From Eledone cirrhosa (lineage: Eukaryota), in contig OZ024745.1 in NCBI GenBank assembly GCA_964016885.1, forward strand, positions 26,412,001 to 26,476,000: 64,000 bases of DNA. Direction: 5' to 3'. The notes beneath the pieces were generated by a model. It did no database searches. It was not told the origin of the DNA and worked only from the letters and a program-made list of their open reading frames with translations. Positions 58,991 through 64,000 of this stretch are shown piece after piece. Positions within the stretch are counted from its first letter, which is position 1. Each line of letters begins with the position of its first letter. The translations under genes and the position numbers were made by a program.

Positions 58991-59102
58991 TGTGGGTTGG
59001 TCCAGCTTTCAATATCAAAGGATTTTCCATATGTATATTACAGCGTATCTCTCACGTTTTCGTTCCAAGGAGTAGAGTTTCTGTTCTATCTATCTATCTA
59101 TC

Positions 59103-59177
<75 letters not shown>

Positions 59178-59210
59178 GAGAGAGAGAGAGAGACACACAC
59201 ACACACACAC

Positions 59211-59348
<138 letters not shown>

Positions 59349-59795
59349 AGTGAGTATGAAAGACCAAAGGTCATTATTGAAAATCTCTGGATTTCGCAAA
59401 ATACATAATATTTTTTATTGGAGAAGGTAAGACATTTTTCCGCAAAGATTTGATTGCACTGTTTTGTTTCCACTTATGTATTTTTTGAAGATGTTATTTA
59501 ATCATTATAAAAATTAAATTATAGCATTCTATATGTGGCAACCAATATTTTTAGATCCAGTCTAACACTGTATATATATACATAATGCCAATCATTGTAA
59601 GTTTGAATCTAATTGACATTCAAAAACATATATATAGGAATAAGGTAAGCCCAAATCATAGTAGATTCAAATATCAGCGAGAGAAAGAGAGAGAGGGAGA
59701 GGGGGGAGTGGAAGGAAATGAAACATGGATTGCAGGTTAAAATATAGTCTAGATAGATGTGAAACAAATCGAGAATGTAGATTATGCAACACTCA

Positions 59796-60258
59796 AATGA
59801 TTTAGAAGTCGATCTTAAATAGGAACAATAACATTAAGAAAGACATGAACGACTCTACAATACTTTGTTTTGAAAATTTTGAAAGTAGGTTTATAAGTAT
59901 GAATTTTCATAAGATTTTCGTAGTTGTCTCTGTGGCCTAGCGGTAGGTACTAGAGACGATGGAGATTCTGACCTTGGGTTCAATCCTAGTCAAGAGGTTC
60001 ATGTAACCTTTTGCAATTTTTACTTTACAACCCATAGGAAAAAACTGAAAAGGTTTACCGGGAACCCTACCCCCGACCAGTATCGCACTTCAGACCAGGA
60101 TCACCACCGTCTATGATTCCTCTAATTAGGCAGCTACAAAAGTATAATGAAAATTGATAATTATAAACCTACTTTCAAAATCAAAGTTAAAAAGATTTGG
60201 TGTCGTTCATGGCTTTCCTAGAGCTATTAGTAATATTTAGGGTCGACTTCTGGTCATT
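59796..60258. mobile_element. Fold-back element with ~115-bp diverged inverted arms enclosing a tRNA-like A/B-box
   Basis: Arms at 59796-59910 and 60146-60258; inside TGGCCTAGCGG ... GGGTTCAATCC (59933-59986). Confidence 0.55.
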
Positions 60259-60367
60259 ATTGAAATCTCTGGATTTCGCAAAATACATAACATTTTTTAT
60301 TGGAGAAGGTAGTTATTTTTCCACAAAAATGTTATTGTACTGTTTTGTTTCCACTTATGTATATTTA

Positions 60368-60472
60368 GAGTATCGGTAGAGGGTCGGACGCCATGCTTTG
60401 ACGTATAGAGTTACGGCCCTTGCCATTCTGAGTTCAAATCCCGCCGAGGTTAACTTTGTCTTTCATCCTTAT
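60368..60472 (+). mobile_element. Truncated tRNA-derived SINE
   Basis: gtatcggtagagggtcggacgccatgctttg...aactttgtctttcatcc. Confidence 0.85.
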
Positions 60473-60473
60473 G

Positions 60474-60551
<78 letters not shown>

Positions 60552-60569
60552 CATACATATATATATATA

Positions 60570-60623
60570 GTTCGGATCAAACTGTCGAAACGGCCGGAGC
60601 TCAGCCGTCGGGAACCGGACACT

Positions 60624-60628
<5 letters not shown>
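60570..60628 (+). mobile_element. Family C stub
   Basis: gtcGAAACggc cggagctca gccGTCggg, TA-flanked. Confidence 0.6.
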
Positions 60629-60657
<29 letters not shown>

Positions 60658-60661
60658 CTAT

Positions 60662-60958
<297 letters not shown>

Positions 60959-61635
60959 GCTTCTAGTCCATCCGTATAATTCCGCCAAACTTTCACCTTG
61001 CTCTAGAAGTTTATTTACACATCTCTGAATGAATGTAATATTAAATCGACTTCGACGGCATTTGAACTCAGAATACCACAAATGCCACGTGTCATTCAAC
61101 GAAATAAAGAAATGAAGAAAAAATGAAAGAATGTAAGAAACAAAGATACAGACAAAGAAAAACAAACAAATGCAATGAGATAGAGAAGGAGAATGACGGA
61201 TAATATGTTATATCCTTGGACATTAGCACTTCCATCACTTATCCCCTACGTTAGTATCTGGCTTTTAACACCCATATTCCGCAATATATTCTGTTAACTT
61301 ACAAATAATGTCAACACATTTATATCTGACTGTTGTATTTCACTACAAGAAATAAAGGGGGAACAAGCATTGTCCTTAATCTTCGTATTTTCTCAAAGAT
61401 TTAGAATCAGGGTTGTTTCTCAAGAGAAAAAAATTGACTTGAAAACGACACAATTCCTAACTATTTGTTTTGATTTGTTGTTGTTGTTGTTGTTTTTCTG
61501 ATATAAAGACAGGCCTTTATTGGGGCTGGGTAGGAGAATTGCTGATTTCTGCTAGTTTCATTGGTGACAGGAAATGAAAATGTCAAATTTTCTAGTACAC
61601 TGTTTAACAACACTTTATCTTTGATTGCAATCCCA

Positions 61636-61744
<109 letters not shown>

Positions 61745-62129
61745 ATATATATGTATGTATATATATATACACACACACAGACACACACACATATACGTAT
61801 GTGTGTGTGTGTGAATGTATGTATATAAATATGTAAAAATATATTTGTGTGTATATATAAATATATACTTATACGTATGCATTTTTTCATAGATTCACAT
61901 GTCTCTGTAAGAAATATGTAAGTATGATACATTTTGATATAACAAAAAATGCTAAGTGCATTACACAGAGTTTGACATCTACTATTTTGGTATGGAATAT
62001 AGATTATTTTCTTTAGCTCAAAAATATTATTTGTCGTGGAGGTCTGCCGTTGATTGTTACAGCCACATGTACTGTTGGGCATGGAACGATTAAATGTAAA
62101 TTTAATGTTTTGCTTGACGACTGAAGTTG

Positions 62130-62236
<107 letters not shown>

Positions 62237-62286
62237 GGACTTTCCAGTTAACCAACATCAATGACTGAGATTCAAGGAATAACAAC

Positions 62287-62337
<51 letters not shown>

Positions 62338-63423
62338 TAGGAAGCTATTGACTATCTACAACATGTTCCACAAGAGGAGTGATGTCGATAGACTCTACTT
62401 AAGGAGATCTGAAGGTGGAAGAGGTCTTATCAGCATAGAGGACTGTGTTCAGATGGAGAAAAACAACCTACACAAATACGTGACTGATAGTAAGGAGCCA
62501 ATGCTCAGAACTGTACTGAAGGAGGAGACAATAGGCCAGGGGATGTCCAAGGAGGAAATAACATCAAGGAGAAAGAGCAGCCTTCAGGAAAAATCCCTTC
62601 ATAGTACCTTCTTTGAGAAAACTGAATTTAGAGATCCACAGACATGGAACTGGTTGAAAAGAGGAGACCTTAAAAAGGCTACAGAAGGAATGTTAATGGC
62701 TGCGCAGGAGCAGGTCCTCAAAACGAAGTGGTTGAAACACCATATTTACAAGGAGGAAGCTAGCCCACTGTGCAGGATCTGTGGAGAGAGAGAGAAGACT
62801 GTGGCTCACATTGTGTCCGAGTGTAAACACCTAGCCCAGACCCACTATAAGGGCTGGAGACACGATGTGATGGGCAGGGTGATCCACTGGCACCTGTGCA
62901 AAGTAAACAATTTACCACATTCTGAGAAATGGTATGAGCATAGGCCGGAGGCGGTGATGGAGAACAATCAGGTGAAGGTGCTGTGGGATTTTAGGATACA
63001 GACGGACAAAAAACTGGAACACAATAGACCTGACCTGGTGGTTGTGGACAAAGAAAAAAGATCGTGTCTGATTGTGGATGTGGCCTGCCCGTTCGACACG
63101 AGAGTGCAAGAGAAGGAGAGGGAGAAAATTAACCGATACCAGGACCTAAAGTGGGAGGTAAAAAGGATTTGGAACTGCCATGAAGTCAAAGTGATCCCGA
63201 TTGTCATAGGCGCACTGGGGACTATCTCCAAAAGTTTCCAGGGATGGTTAAAGAAAATCGGCCCCTTCACGCTTTTTGGAACGCTTCAAGAGGCATGCTT
63301 GCTTGGAACAGCAAGAACCCTCCGATACGTCCTGAATATCTGAGGCTGCAGGTAGTGGCTTGATATTCATTCCAACGGACTTTCCAGTTAACCAACATCA
63401 ATGACTGAGATTCAAGGAATAAC
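62338..63423 (+). mobile_element. 5'-truncated RLE-type non-LTR retrotransposon (R4/Dong-like); open ORF C-terminus ends at 63343, followed by ~80 nt 3' UTR
   Basis: DVDRLYLRRSEGGRGL (post-RT), AAQEQ, CCHC knuckle CRIC...H...C, RHD, and RPDLVVVD...IVDVACP...K..RY (PD-(D/E)xK restriction-like endonuclease); embedded in (TAA)n. Confidence 0.92.
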
Positions 63424-63441
63424 AATAATAATAATAATAAT

Positions 63442-64000
63442 TAGGAAGCTATTGACTATCTACAACATGTTCCACAAGAGGAGTGATGTCGATAGACTCT
63501 ACTTAAGGAGATCTGAAGGTGGAAGAGGTCTTATCAGCATAGAGGACTGTGTTCAGATGGAGAAAAACAACCTACACAAATACGTGACTGATAGTAATGA
63601 GCCAATGCTCAGAACTGTACTGAAGGAGGAGACAATAGGTCAGGGGATGTCCAAGGAGGAAATAACATCAAGGAGAAAGAGCAGCCTTCAGGAAAAATCC
63701 CATCATAGTACCTTCTTTGAGAAAACTGAATTTAGAGATCCACAGACATGGAACTGGTTGAAAAGAGGAGACCTTAAAAAGGCTACAGAAGGAATGTTAA
63801 TGGCTGCGCAGGAGCAGGTCCTCAAAACGAAGTGGTTGAAACACCATATTTACAAGGAGGAGGCTAGCCCACTGTGCAGGATCTGTGGAGAGAGAGAGAA
63901 GACTGTGGCTCACATTGTATCCGAGTGTAAACACCTAGCCCAGACTCACTATAAGGGCTGGAGACATGATGTGATGGGCAGGGTGATCCACTGGCACCAA
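63442..64000 (+). mobile_element. Second tandem copy of the RLE retrotransposon (runs off the window)
   Basis: Same 5' junction 'taattaggaagctattg'; about 7 substitutions relative to copy 1 over ~555 bp, plus a mismatch in the last two bases. Confidence 0.92.

Noticed and set aside
62261-62337. N-terminus MTEIQGITTIII... of the 360-aa ORF as a true gene start
   Set aside because: Derived from a 3'-UTR stub plus the (TAA)n target; the RT domain is missing, so the element is 5'-truncated.

Overview
AT-rich, repeat-saturated eukaryotic DNA with no supportable host protein-coding gene. Almost all ORFs in the track are translations of (TA)n, (CA)n or satellite DNA. The microsatellite load and SINE types resemble coleoid cephalopod (octopus-like) DNA, which is an inference. 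The window holds (i) more than a dozen copies or fragments of one tRNA-derived SINE family; (ii) decayed LINE fragments of RTE, I/Jockey-like and CR1-like type; (iii) a young, 5'-truncated restriction-like-endonuclease (R4/Dong-type) retrotransposon in tandem inside a (TAA)n tract at the right end; (iv) a ~10.2 kb satellite built from 11/12/15-nt units with higher-order periods; and (v) many short (100-700 bp) elements from several families, embedded in (TA)n runs. Several of the (v) elements carry minimal type-I hammerhead ribozyme motifs, often followed by AATAAA, and many show an internal inversion or fold-back with both RNA 3' ends facing outward. I read (v) as a TA-targeting, hammerhead-bearing Penelope-like or retrozyme-like system that often integrates by twin priming; this is the most interesting signal. 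All calls were made by eye, without any database search.
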